A stretch of DNA of 64,000 bases from an uncultured Chloroflexia bacterium (GTDB lineage: Bacteria > Chloroflexota > Limnocylindria > Limnocylindrales > CSP1-4), in contig CAVUSI010000002.1 of the NCBI GenBank assembly GCA_963744115.1, forward strand, positions 389,380 through 453,379. The letters run 5' to 3'. Numbering within the stretch: position 1 is the stretch's first letter; the number at the start of each line of letters is the position of its first letter. This document shows, one piece after another, positions 44,869-53,660 of the stretch. A model generated the notes under the pieces. That model was given only the letters and a program-made list of their open reading frames with translations. It ran no database searches and was not told where the DNA came from. A program made the translations under genes and the position numbers.

Positions 44869-46839
44869 TCAGACCGGGTCGGCGTCGGACTCGTCCGGGT
44901 CTGGAACGTCGGCCTCGTCCTCGGCGCCGGTGTCGGCAGCGTCGGGCTCGCGCTCGGCGGCGACGTCCAAGCCGCCGCCGGGCTTCGCGCCCAGGCCGGC
45001 GTCGGCCTTCGCGCCTGCGATCGGCGGGCCCGACGGGGCGGCCACGGACACCCCGGTCGTCGCATCCTCGACCGCCGTCGAGACGGACAGGAAGACGTGC
45101 TCCTCACCCACTGAATCCATCAGGCCGGTCCGCCGCATCCGGTCGCGGACGGCTCCCCGGACCTGGGCGAGGCGAAGCTCGATCGAGCGGCGACGGAGCT
45201 CCTCGATCAGCTCGTTCAGCATGTCGATCGTCGCCACGTCGAGGTCGGCCGTGGCGCTGATGCTCAGGACCAGGATCGTCGGTGGCGGATCGGCGGCGCG
45301 GATCAAGGCCATGATCTGGTCCTTGGCGACGCTCGCGTTGACGAAGGTCAGCGGCACGTTCGGGCGCAGGATGAGCAGGCCCGGTGTGGCCCGAGCGGCG
45401 GGGTGCCGGTCGACGTCCCCGAACGACGGAGGTTGGCCGGGCAGCCGCCCCAGCAGGGCGATGTACGGTCGGCTCGCCTGGTACAGGATCGCGAGGAGCG
45501 ACAACGTGACCGCGATGGCCATCCCGATGAGCGCGGTCGTCAGGACCACGCCGAACAGCGCGCTCATCGCGAGCAGGAAGTCCGTCTTCTTCCAGCGCAG
45601 GTAGCGCCGCAGCTCGCCGACGTCGACGAGCCCGATCGCGGAGCTGATCACGATCGCCGACAGGACGGCCATCGGCAGGTCATGGAACAGCGGCGCGATG
45701 AACAGCGCCGTGATCAGGACGAGGGCAGCCGTGACCAGCGACGACAGCTGCGTCTTGACTCCGGCGGCCTCGCCGGTCGCCGACTGGGACATGCTCGCGT
45801 CGACGGCGAACCCGCCGAAGATCCCGGCCGACATGTTGGCCGCGCCGAGGGCGATGAGCTCCTGGTCGGGGTCGATGTCGTAGCCGTTCCGCGAGCCGAA
45901 GATCCGGGCGGCACCGATGGATTCCGCCAGGGCCAGGAAGACCAGGCCGAAGGCCCCCGTGACCAGGATGACAAGGTCGGCGAACGAGACCGACGGGATG
46001 TCCGGCAGGGGGACCGTCGTGTCGACGTCTCCGACGACCGCGACCCCGTGCGCCGTGAGCCCGAGGAGCGGGACGGCCACGATCCCGACGACGAGCGCGA
46101 CCAGTGGACCGGGGATCCGAGGTGCGAATGTCCGGCAGCCGAAGATGATCGCCAGCGAACCGAGGCCGAGCGCCAGGGTCCATGGGTTGATCTCGGATAG
46201 CTGACCGGCGATCGTCGTCAGCTTCTCGAACACCGTCGTCCCACCACCGGGGATCCCGAGCAGGGCGGGCAGCTGGCCGACGATGATCACGATCGACAGG
46301 CCGATGACGAAGCCGGTGACCACCGACTTGGCCAGGAACTGCGACAGGAAGCCGAGGCGGGCGATCCCGGCGATGACCAGGATCCCGCCCACGATGAGCG
46401 CCAGGGCCGCACTCAGCGAGACGTAGACGGCGGGGTCGCGCGCCGACGGCATCGTGGCGATGACCGCCGCCGACATCAGGGCGATCGCCGAGCTGGCCGT
46501 GACCTTCAGGTGGCGCGACGTGCCGAGCACGGCATAGGCCGTCATCGCCGCGAACGCCGTTACGAGGCCGGCCTCCGGGGCCAGGCCAGCCAGGCCGGCG
46601 TAGGCCATCGACACCGGGACCATGACTCCCCAACCGACGATCCCGGCGATCAGGTCGAGCTGGAGGAACGAGCGGTCGTAGGCGGGCAGCCAGGCCGTGA
46701 TCGGGATGTACCGTCGGACGATCCGGCCGACATCCGCCAGTGAGACGGACCGCCGGCCGCGCGGACCCGTGCCGGAGCTCCGCGCTCCGTCGGCGGCGGG
46801 TCCCGGTGCCTGACCGGCGGTGGACGCCGGGTCGGTCAT
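44869..46839 (-). CDS. SulP family inorganic anion transporter with C-terminal STAS domain
   Basis: ORF 44869..46839 with about 11 TM segments. STAS region PGLLILRPNVPLTFVNA...DLDVATIDML. Confidence 0.9.
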   Translation of the reverse strand: MTDPASTAGQAPGPAADGARSSGTGPRGRRSVSLADVGRIVRRYIPITAWLPAYDRSFLQLDLIAGIVGWGVMVPVSMAYAGLAGLAPEAGLVTAFAAMTAYAVLGTSRHLKVTASSAIALMSAAVIATMPSARDPAVYVSLSAALALIVGGILVIAGIARLGFLSQFLAKSVVTGFVIGLSIVIIVGQLPALLGIPGGGTTVFEKLTTIAGQLSEINPWTLALGLGSLAIIFGCRTFAPRIPGPLVALVVGIVAVPLLGLTAHGVAVVGDVDTTVPLPDIPSVSFADLVILVTGAFGLVFLALAESIGAARIFGSRNGYDIDPDQELIALGAANMSAGIFGGFAVDASMSQSATGEAAGVKTQLSSLVTAALVLITALFIAPLFHDLPMAVLSAIVISSAIGLVDVGELRRYLRWKKTDFLLAMSALFGVVLTTALIGMAIAVTLSLLAILYQASRPYIALLGRLPGQPPSFGDVDRHPAARATPGLLILRPNVPLTFVNASVAKDQIMALIRAADPPPTILVLSISATADLDVATIDMLNELIEELRRRSIELRLAQVRGAVRDRMRRTGLMDSVGEEHVFLSVSTAVEDATTGVSVAAPSGPPIAGAKADAGLGAKPGGGLDVAAEREPDAADTGAEDEADVPDPDESDADPV

Positions 46840-47987
46840 CCGTCGACGGCGCCGGGTCCGGGCACGTCGTCACGGACGCAGCGGAAGCCGACGTTGCCGG
46901 CCGCGCTGTCCGGCGTGCTCGCACTTCGAGAATCGACCCTGTATCGGTAGCAGTACGAGTCGTGGCACAGGTAGGAGCCGCCGCGGTAGACGCGGTGGGT
47001 CCCGCCCGTCGGCCCGGGCGGATCGTCGATCGGGGAGGCCGCGTAGTAGCCCGGGGCGAACCAGTCGGCGCACCACTCCCAGACGTTACCGGTGGTGGCG
47101 TAGAGTCCGAACCCGTTCGGCGGGAAGGCCGTGGCCGGGGCGGTGGCGAGATAGCCATCGGCGCCCGTGTTCTCGTTCGGGAAGCGCCCCTGGAACACGT
47201 TCATCAGGTGCTGGCCACCCGGCTCGCGGTCCGCGCCCCACGGGAAGGCCACCCCGTCGAGCCCGCCCCGCGCGGCGTATTCCCACTCGGCCTCGGTCGG
47301 CAGGCGCTTGCCGGCCCAGGCGGCGTAGGCGGCGGCATCGGTCCACGAGACCTGGACGACCGGGTGGTCGAGCCGATCGGCGACCGACGAGTGCGGACCT
47401 TCCGGGTGGCGCCAGTCCGCCCCGAAGACCTGGCGCCACCACGGCGTGGCCGCGGCCGCGGCAGTTTCCTCGAAGTCGTCCGGCAGGAGGCCGCCGAACA
47501 CGAACGACCAGCCGTACCGCTCGGACTCGCTCACGAACCCGGTCGCGTCGACGAAGCGCCCGAAGTCCGCGTTGGTGACCGTCGTGGGGTCGATCCAGAA
47601 CGGGTGGAGGCGGACGGTATGGACCGGTACTTCGCCGTCTGCGGGGTAGCCGTCGCCGCGCGGGTTGCCCATCCGGAACTCGCCGCCCGGGAGACGGATC
47701 ATCGCCGAGTCGGGGGTCGGGTGCGAGGCGGACGCGGCGGCAGCGCCGGCTCCATCGGTCGCGGCCATCGAGTCGGCGGCGGTGGCCGGGCCCGGTCGGC
47801 CGGGTCGGCCGTCGGTTGCCTGGCCGGGTCGGCTGCCCACGGTCCGGTCGCTCGTGTCGGCCTGTTGGTCGGCCTTTCGTCCCGCGTCGGGCGAGCAGCA
47901 TCCGCGGCCGTGCTCGTCGACGATCGGCGCGGTCATCATCGGGATCCGCCGTCGACGATCCTGGTCCGGTATTCCGCTGGCACTCAT
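46836..47987 (-). CDS. formylglycine-generating enzyme (SUMF1/FGE) family protein
   Basis: ORF 46836..47987 with an ATGA overlap with sulP. MIRLPGGEFRMGN, GNVWEWCADW, RVYRGGSYLCH. About 95 aa of low-complexity N-terminal extension. Confidence 0.85.
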   Translation of the reverse strand: MSASGIPDQDRRRRIPMMTAPIVDEHGRGCCSPDAGRKADQQADTSDRTVGSRPGQATDGRPGRPGPATAADSMAATDGAGAAAASASHPTPDSAMIRLPGGEFRMGNPRGDGYPADGEVPVHTVRLHPFWIDPTTVTNADFGRFVDATGFVSESERYGWSFVFGGLLPDDFEETAAAAATPWWRQVFGADWRHPEGPHSSVADRLDHPVVQVSWTDAAAYAAWAGKRLPTEAEWEYAARGGLDGVAFPWGADREPGGQHLMNVFQGRFPNENTGADGYLATAPATAFPPNGFGLYATTGNVWEWCADWFAPGYYAASPIDDPPGPTGGTHRVYRGGSYLCHDSYCYRYRVDSRSASTPDSAAGNVGFRCVRDDVPGPGAVDG

Positions 47988-48166
47988 CCGGCCGGTATCG
48001 TACCCGGCCGCTCGTTCCTCGAGGTCCGACTCCGGTCGCCCGCGGCCTCGCGGAACGGTGACCGCGCCCAGTCCCGAGCCGCTGGGACCTTCGAGTCAGA
48101 GACAGGTCGGCGACCCGCCCGTAGGCTGCGGTCCGTCCACTGGGCAGTCCGGTCGGTCTCGAAGCG

Positions 48167-49903
48167 GTGAGTTGGGCGGGGGTCCAGATGCGAAGGTTCG
48201 GGCCGATCGCGCTCGTGGTCCTCCTCCTGCTGCTCGCCGGGTGGGTCTCCGGGATCGGCATCGGCAGCCGTCCGCCCGTCTTCTGCAACGTGGGCTGCAT
48301 CCTCGACGTCTACCCGTGTATCGATCCGGTGACGAATAAGCCGCCGGTACTGGACGATGGTTCCGGGTGTCTGGCTCCCGGCTCAACGACCGGGCTGCCG
48401 CCGGCGGACGTGGGTCCCTTTCCTCGTGGCATCGCCACGAGCGCCTTGAGTCTCGCCCTTGCGGGACTGGCGCTCCTCATCGGTGTCTGGTGGTGGCTCG
48501 ATCGACGTCGGTCCAAGGCGCCGCCCGACGCGTATCACATCCCACCTGGAGATCAGCAGGCGCCTTCCTCCGCCGCCCTGCCGGACTCCGCCATCCAGGT
48601 CAGCCTCGACGCGCCGCTGCCGGTCCCACCAGTGCCACCGTCAGCTTCGGTGCCCGGTGCCGAGGCGCCGAAGGCCGATGCCCAGCTCCCGGACGCTCCT
48701 TGGGCCGCCCTGCCACCGAAACGGCGCTCGACGACGGGCGACATCCTCGTCTTCAGCTTCGTGATCCTCCTGCTGATGGCCGCGGTCGCAGCGTGGCTGC
48801 TCGTGCCGTCGCTCGCGATCCCGTCGTCACAACGCGTCGGATGGCAGCTGAACCACGGCTTCGGCGGACTTGCGTTCGACCCCACCACGGCTCAGACGAC
48901 GACCGTGATCCCGATCGAGGTCGAGCGGCCCGGCTGCGCCCCAGCAGGCACCTCCTGGCTGGCGGACCCGGTCGTCACCTACACGCCGTGGTCGGTCACG
49001 ATCACGATGCACACGACCGACGCCTTCGGCGACGTCACGAAGTGCTATCCAAGAGACTCGACCGGTCGGTCCATCGTCGGCTGGTATCTGTCCGGCACCT
49101 ACTTCCCGGTCCACTTGAGCCAGCCGCTCTGGGGCCGAGCATTGTTCGACGGCTCGCAGCTTCCGCCCGCCGCACGGCCATATCCCGGCATGGCGGAAGC
49201 GTCGGCAGCCGCCGAGGCGGCCGCCGCCAGGGCGTCAGCCGCCGCTGCGTTGGCTCCAGTCAGGGCGTCGGCCGCCGCCGTGGCGGCCGCGGTCCAGGCA
49301 TCGGCCGAAGCCGTCGAGGCCGCCGCGGAAGCGTCGGCTGCCGCCGCGTCGTGCAGCATCGGGGCTGCGGACAACGCCGCGATGGTGATCGTGGAGGGGG
49401 ACGGCAGCCAGGCAGCCTGTGATGAGCTCGCCCGGACGATCGATCTGGGTTCGGGTCGCAGGTTGGGCGACCTCCGTCAGCCGGCCGATCCTCCGAGCGG
49501 GAATCTCCTCTGCCGGGGGGCCGTCGGTAGGTTCGAGGTGTCCGTCTACGACCACGACTCGGGAAGCGCGTCACAAGGTGCGGTCGCCTGTCGATACATC
49601 GCGCCGACTCCCTATCTCGGGATGGTGGTCGAGGAGGTCGACCAGGGCCTGCGACTGCGGTCGACGAGCGGTCCGACCGGACGCGTGCCTGCCGTCTATC
49701 CGGGCGGCCCGGCGGCCAAGGCCGGTCTCCAGGCCGGCGACGTCATCACCCGCATCGATGACGCTCCGAACCCGACGGCGAGCGTCATGGACGAGATCGT
49801 CGCGGCCCACCGGATCGGTGACACCCTTCACCTGGAAGTGCTTCGCTCGGGGCTCACCCTGAGCGTCGATCTCGTGCTCGAAGCACGGCCGCCGACGTAC
49901 TAG
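48167..49903 (+). CDS. multi-pass membrane protein with Cys-rich loop, poly-Ala region and C-terminal PDZ domain
   Basis: ORF 48167..49903 (ATG 48188 is an alternative start). Three hydrophobic helices. PDZ: GMVVEEV...GGPAAKAGLQAGDVITRIDD...LEVLRSG. Confidence 0.7.
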   Translation: MSWAGVQMRRFGPIALVVLLLLLAGWVSGIGIGSRPPVFCNVGCILDVYPCIDPVTNKPPVLDDGSGCLAPGSTTGLPPADVGPFPRGIATSALSLALAGLALLIGVWWWLDRRRSKAPPDAYHIPPGDQQAPSSAALPDSAIQVSLDAPLPVPPVPPSASVPGAEAPKADAQLPDAPWAALPPKRRSTTGDILVFSFVILLLMAAVAAWLLVPSLAIPSSQRVGWQLNHGFGGLAFDPTTAQTTTVIPIEVERPGCAPAGTSWLADPVVTYTPWSVTITMHTTDAFGDVTKCYPRDSTGRSIVGWYLSGTYFPVHLSQPLWGRALFDGSQLPPAARPYPGMAEASAAAEAAAARASAAAALAPVRASAAAVAAAVQASAEAVEAAAEASAAAASCSIGAADNAAMVIVEGDGSQAACDELARTIDLGSGRRLGDLRQPADPPSGNLLCRGAVGRFEVSVYDHDSGSASQGAVACRYIAPTPYLGMVVEEVDQGLRLRSTSGPTGRVPAVYPGGPAAKAGLQAGDVITRIDDAPNPTASVMDEIVAAHRIGDTLHLEVLRSGLTLSVDLVLEARPPTY

Positions 49904-49905
49904 GG

Positions 49906-50712
49906 ATGACGCTCGTGCGCCGCCAGGCGACCCGCGGGACGGTCATCACCCGGACGATCATCGTCGCCCTGCTCGGTCTGTTGGTCGGGATCGCGGTCTT
50001 CTCGATCGTGAGCGCCGTGACGACGCCGCGGCGCACGACCCCGTTCTACGAACCGCCGGTCCTCGCCGGCCAGCAGCTCTGGGGAGCGTGCTCCGGCGGG
50101 GTCTATGCCCGCCACGGCGACACGATCGTGCTCACCTCGACGGGCCACTGCACCAGCCAGGGCACCGTGGCCTACGACCCGGACGGCACCACCGTGCGCG
50201 GCGTCTTCGGCCCGGCCGCCCGGGACGCGACCTGTCCGTACCCCGGTCACACGTGCGCGTCGTCGGATATCAACTACCTCGTGGTCGATCCCGCGCGCAT
50301 CCCGTGGGGTCACCTGAATGTCGTCGACCTCGGCACCGCTGGCTACCGGATCATCCCGCCGGGCACGAAGGCGCTTTCATGCGCCGATATCGCGATCGGC
50401 GACCTGGTGGAGATCGACGGCCGCAACATCTACCGGAGCGGAACGGTGGCCGAGAAGGGCCAGAACCTCAACTCGGTCGACGGCTCGTACTTCCCGTGCA
50501 TGATCGCCGCGCACATCCCCGTGGACACGGGAGACTCCGGCGGCGTGGTCCTGGTGCGGGGCATCCCGGCGGGCGTCACGAGCCGCAGCTTCGGCGGCAA
50601 CCTCGGGTTCACACCGCTGGCCGAGGGGCTGGCTCAGCTCGGGCTGGAGCTCTGCACCGAGCCCGACTGCGGACTCGTACGGCCGGTGGTGGATACGACG
50701 CAGACCAGGTGA
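49906..50712 (+). CDS. membrane-anchored S1 (chymotrypsin/alpha-lytic-like) serine protease
   Basis: ORF 49906..50712, 2 nt after the PDZ gene. N-terminal TM. Catalytic His (LTSTGHC), Asp (SSDINYLVV) and Ser (DTGDSGGVV). Confidence 0.8.
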   Translation: MTLVRRQATRGTVITRTIIVALLGLLVGIAVFSIVSAVTTPRRTTPFYEPPVLAGQQLWGACSGGVYARHGDTIVLTSTGHCTSQGTVAYDPDGTTVRGVFGPAARDATCPYPGHTCASSDINYLVVDPARIPWGHLNVVDLGTAGYRIIPPGTKALSCADIAIGDLVEIDGRNIYRSGTVAEKGQNLNSVDGSYFPCMIAAHIPVDTGDSGGVVLVRGIPAGVTSRSFGGNLGFTPLAEGLAQLGLELCTEPDCGLVRPVVDTTQTR

Positions 50713-50717
50713 CAGGC

Positions 50718-50734
50718 GGGATCGAACCGACCGG
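50718..50734 (+). repeat. 17-nt perfect direct repeat, copy 1 (GGGATCGAACCGACCGG)
   Basis: Exact copy of 50875..50891. The reverse complement contains GGTTCGATCCC (tRNA T-arm-like). Confidence 0.85.
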
Positions 50735-50874
50735 CGCCCACCCGCGAAGCATGCCCCCGGCCGCTCGCGGACTGCTGCCCGGACCTCGGCCACATCGTCG
50801 AGGCGCTCCGCCCGTAGGATTGACGTGGGCCGCGAACCGCGGTCGAGGTCGTTCGCCGTCGGGCGCTTCGAAGA

Positions 50875-50891
50875 GGGATCGAACCGACCGG
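50875..50891 (+). repeat. 17-nt perfect direct repeat, copy 2
   Basis: Its last two bases begin the marR SD (GGAGG, 50890-50894). Confidence 0.85.
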
Positions 50892-50902
50892 AGGTCCAAC
50901 GC

Positions 50903-51340
50903 GTGGTTGCTCATGGTGCTGAGGCTGTCGACGCATTGGAACGACTGGCGTTCGGACTCGTCGCGATCACCTCCCGTGCGATCGAGGACGTCAGCGCTGG
51001 CGAGCTCACGTTCCAGCAGTGGCGCGTCCTCGTCGTCCTCGGCGGGGTCGACGACGGCATGCGGGTGTCCGACGTGGCCCGACGGATCACGGCCTCTGGT
51101 CCGTCCACGAGCAGGATCGTCCACCGGCTCGTGCGACGCGGGCTCGTGATCCAACATGGCGACCCCGTCGATCGACGGGCGGTTCGACTCAGACTCTCGC
51201 CGGCGGGGGAAACGACGCGCGCCCGGATCGTCGATCGCCGGAGGAGCCTGATTCGCGAGACGCTTGCTGACCTCCGACTCTCGCCCGCGGCCGCGCGGCA
51301 GCTGGAGTCGGTCGCCTCGGCCTTCGACCACTGGGTCTGA
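50903..51340 (+). CDS. MarR family transcriptional regulator
   Basis: ORF 50825..51340. GTG 50903 has GGAGG 8 nt upstream and gives a typical 145-aa MarR. wHTH MRVSDVARRITASGPSTSRIVHRLVRRGLV...DRRAVRLRLS. Confidence 0.8.
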   Translation: MVAHGAEAVDALERLAFGLVAITSRAIEDVSAGELTFQQWRVLVVLGGVDDGMRVSDVARRITASGPSTSRIVHRLVRRGLVIQHGDPVDRRAVRLRLSPAGETTRARIVDRRRSLIRETLADLRLSPAAARQLESVASAFDHWV

Positions 51341-51343
51341 CGC

Positions 51344-51628
51344 CTAGGGCTTCGGCACCTTCGTCGGCTTGGGCGTCTTCGTCGGCTTGGGCGTCTTCGT
51401 CGGCTTGGGCGTCTTCGTCGGCTTCGGCGTCGCAGTCGGAGCCGGCGCCGCTCCGTTCAGGGAGTCCGATACCGTGGTCAGCGTGTCCGCCACGACCCCG
51501 CCCGCTGTGAGCAGCGCTCCGATCGCGAGGACGGCGACGATCGCGACCACCAGGGCGTACTCGGCGAGGGACTGGCCGGTCCGTCTCCTTGGTAGCGATC
51601 CGCGATGTGTATGAACTACGTGTCGCAT
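51344..51628 (-). CDS. Flp/Fap-type pilin with C-terminal (TPKPTK)n extension
   Basis: ORF 51344..51628. Flp processing motif G|QSLAEYALVVAIVAVLAIGAL, then ATPKPTKTPKPTKTPKPTKTPKPTKVPKP. Confidence 0.75.
   Translation of the reverse strand: MRHVVHTHRGSLPRRRTGQSLAEYALVVAIVAVLAIGALLTAGGVVADTLTTVSDSLNGAAPAPTATPKPTKTPKPTKTPKPTKTPKPTKVPKP
51348..51431. repeat. 18-bp tandem repeat (3 perfect + 2 degenerate units) encoding the pilin PKT tail
   Basis: ggcttgggcgtcttcgtc occurs three times (51366-51419), flanked by variant units. Confidence 0.9.
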
Positions 51629-51728
51629 GACACATAAGTTATCCGTTGTTCAGGCGACCGTAGTAGAGGACGAAAGTCCTGTCTGGCGCTCGTTGCCCAC
51701 GATTCGTCGGCTGAGACGGACGACGTTC

Positions 51729-52805
51729 TCAGCCCGGCAGGCTGAACCAGAAACGGGTCCGGCTGGCGTCGGACTCGACGCCCACGCTACCGCCGGCAGA
51801 TTCGATCCGTTGCTTGACGATCGCGAGGCCGATCCCGGCTCCGCCCCGTGCCCGGTCGCGTGACTTGTCGACGCGATAGAACCGCTCGAAGACGTGCGGC
51901 AGGTCGGCCGCCGGGATCCCGTCGCCCGTGTTGACGACGGTCACGAGCACGTCCTCCGCCCGACGCTCGGCACGGATGGTTACGCGACCACCCGGCGGCG
52001 TGTAGCGGGTGGCGTTTTGGAGAAGGTTGCCAAGGACCTGCGCCAACCCGTCGGCATCGGCCACGGCCGGCAGCTGGTCGGGCAGGTCGAGCTCGAGGCT
52101 GATCCCAGCCCGCTCCGCCGCGGGTCCGGCAAGCTCCGCCGCGGACCTGATGGCCGAGGGGAGGTCGACCTCGACGCGTCGGACCGACCCGGTCGCGTCA
52201 TCGTCGTCCGCAAGCGAGTCGAGGGAGGCGGCAAGTCGGACGAGTCGCTCGACCTCCTCGGAGAGCGACATGAAGGTGACCTCATCGGCCGGGATGATGC
52301 CGTCACGGAGACCCTCGAGGTAGCCCTTCAGGTTCGTGAGCGGTGTGCGCAGCTCATGTGCCGCGTTGGCGATGAACTCGCGTCGCATCCGTTCGCCTTC
52401 CTCGAGACTCGCCGCCATCTGGTTGAACGAGTCTGCCAGGCTGACGATCTCGTTCGGACCAGCTCGCGGGACCCGTGCGCGATAGTCGCCGGCGGCGACT
52501 CGCCGGGCCGCCACACTGATCGCTCCGAGCGGTCTCGCCAGGCGTCGGCCGAGGAGCATCGCCAGGACGACGCCGGCGACCCCGGCGGCGATGACCGCGA
52601 CCGCGAGGACGACCGTCACCGACTGGTCGAACATCGCGTGCGCAGACTCGGCGCTGCTGCCCGCCTCGACCATCAGCCGCTCGAAGGCGTCCGCCCCGAC
52701 GACCAGGACACCTAGGGTCACGATCCCGATGCCGAGCACGGTCGTCGCGATCGCGGCAGAGGCGATCCGCAGTCCGAGCCCGCGAGTCCAGGTAGGACGT
52801 TTCAT
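51729..52805 (-). CDS. sensor histidine kinase (2 TM, HAMP, HisKA, HATPase_c)
   Basis: Last 358 codons of ORF 51729..52976 from ATG 52805 (ATGA overlap). H-box FIANAAHELRTPL; LLQNATRYT; GAGIGLAIV. Confidence 0.9.
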   Translation of the reverse strand: MKRPTWTRGLGLRIASAAIATTVLGIGIVTLGVLVVGADAFERLMVEAGSSAESAHAMFDQSVTVVLAVAVIAAGVAGVVLAMLLGRRLARPLGAISVAARRVAAGDYRARVPRAGPNEIVSLADSFNQMAASLEEGERMRREFIANAAHELRTPLTNLKGYLEGLRDGIIPADEVTFMSLSEEVERLVRLAASLDSLADDDDATGSVRRVEVDLPSAIRSAAELAGPAAERAGISLELDLPDQLPAVADADGLAQVLGNLLQNATRYTPPGGRVTIRAERRAEDVLVTVVNTGDGIPAADLPHVFERFYRVDKSRDRARGGAGIGLAIVKQRIESAGGSVGVESDASRTRFWFSLPG

Positions 52806-53557
52806 CCGCGGCGTCCGTGGGTCGATCCCGACCGACGCATTTCGGACGGAGGCGCGCTTCGGTAGCCCACACCGCGGACGGTCTCGATGAACCGCGGAGT
52901 CGCCGCGAGGTCCCCCAGCTTGTGCCGAAGTCGGCCGACATGAACGTCGATCGTCCGATCCAGGACCTCCGTCCAATCGGCGCCGTAGACGGCGTCGAGC
53001 AGCTGATCGCGACTCAAGACTCTCCCGCCGGCCGTGAGAAGCGCGACCAGGAGCTTGAGCTCGACCGCCGTGACAACGATCGGACGCCCATCGACCGTGA
53101 CGGCGTGTTGCTCGGGATCGACGATCAGCGTGCCGTGCTCGAGATGGGCCGCCGTCGGCGCAGGTCGATCGCCCTCGGATCTCGCCAGCACGCGCCCGAC
53201 GCGGAGCACCAACTCGGCCGGGGAGAACGGCTTTGCCAGATAATCGTCCGCTCCCAGGCCGAGGCCGGTGATCCGATCGGCCGTCGTACCTCGAGCGGAC
53301 AGGATGATGATGGGTGTGTTCGAGCGTCGGCGGACCGCCCGGACGACGGCGAGGCCGTCGACCTCCGGAAGCATGACATCGAGGACGACAAGCGCAGGAT
53401 CGTGCGACTCGATCGCGGCGAGGGCACGCGCCCCGTCGTGCTCCTCGACGACGCGGTAGCGCTCTCGCTCCAGATAGAGTCGGACGAGGCGCACGATCTT
53501 CAGATCGTCGTCGACGACGAGGACGGGCCGACGCGAGTCAGGGGCCATGCCGCTCAT
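52802..53557 (-). CDS. OmpR/PhoB-family response regulator
   Basis: ORF 52802..54076, with a start at ATG 53557 or 53548. VLVVDDD...VVLDVMLP...LAKPF and a winged-helix C-domain. Confidence 0.9.
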   Translation of the reverse strand: MSGMAPDSRRPVLVVDDDLKIVRLVRLYLERERYRVVEEHDGARALAAIESHDPALVVLDVMLPEVDGLAVVRAVRRRSNTPIIILSARGTTADRITGLGLGADDYLAKPFSPAELVLRVGRVLARSEGDRPAPTAAHLEHGTLIVDPEQHAVTVDGRPIVVTAVELKLLVALLTAGGRVLSRDQLLDAVYGADWTEVLDRTIDVHVGRLRHKLGDLAATPRFIETVRGVGYRSAPPSEMRRSGSTHGRRG

Positions 53558-53660
53558 GGTAGGCAACTTGACCGCCCTGCCACCGGAGGGTCCGATGGCG
53601 ACGAGCGTCTGGCTCGCCGCCATCGAGACCGGTCGAAGTCGGCCGCTGATGTGCGACCCG

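Noticed and set aside
50690-50800. tRNA or tRNA pseudogene around the GGTTCGATCCC-containing repeat.
   Set aside because: The T-stem has a mismatch. No acceptor-stem complement, D-arm or anticodon arm can be folded in the flanking 90 nt on either strand.
51348-51431. 18-bp tandem array as a CRISPR or non-coding minisatellite.
   Set aside because: There are no spacers. The units are contiguous and in frame, encoding the TPKPTK tail of the Flp-like pilin.
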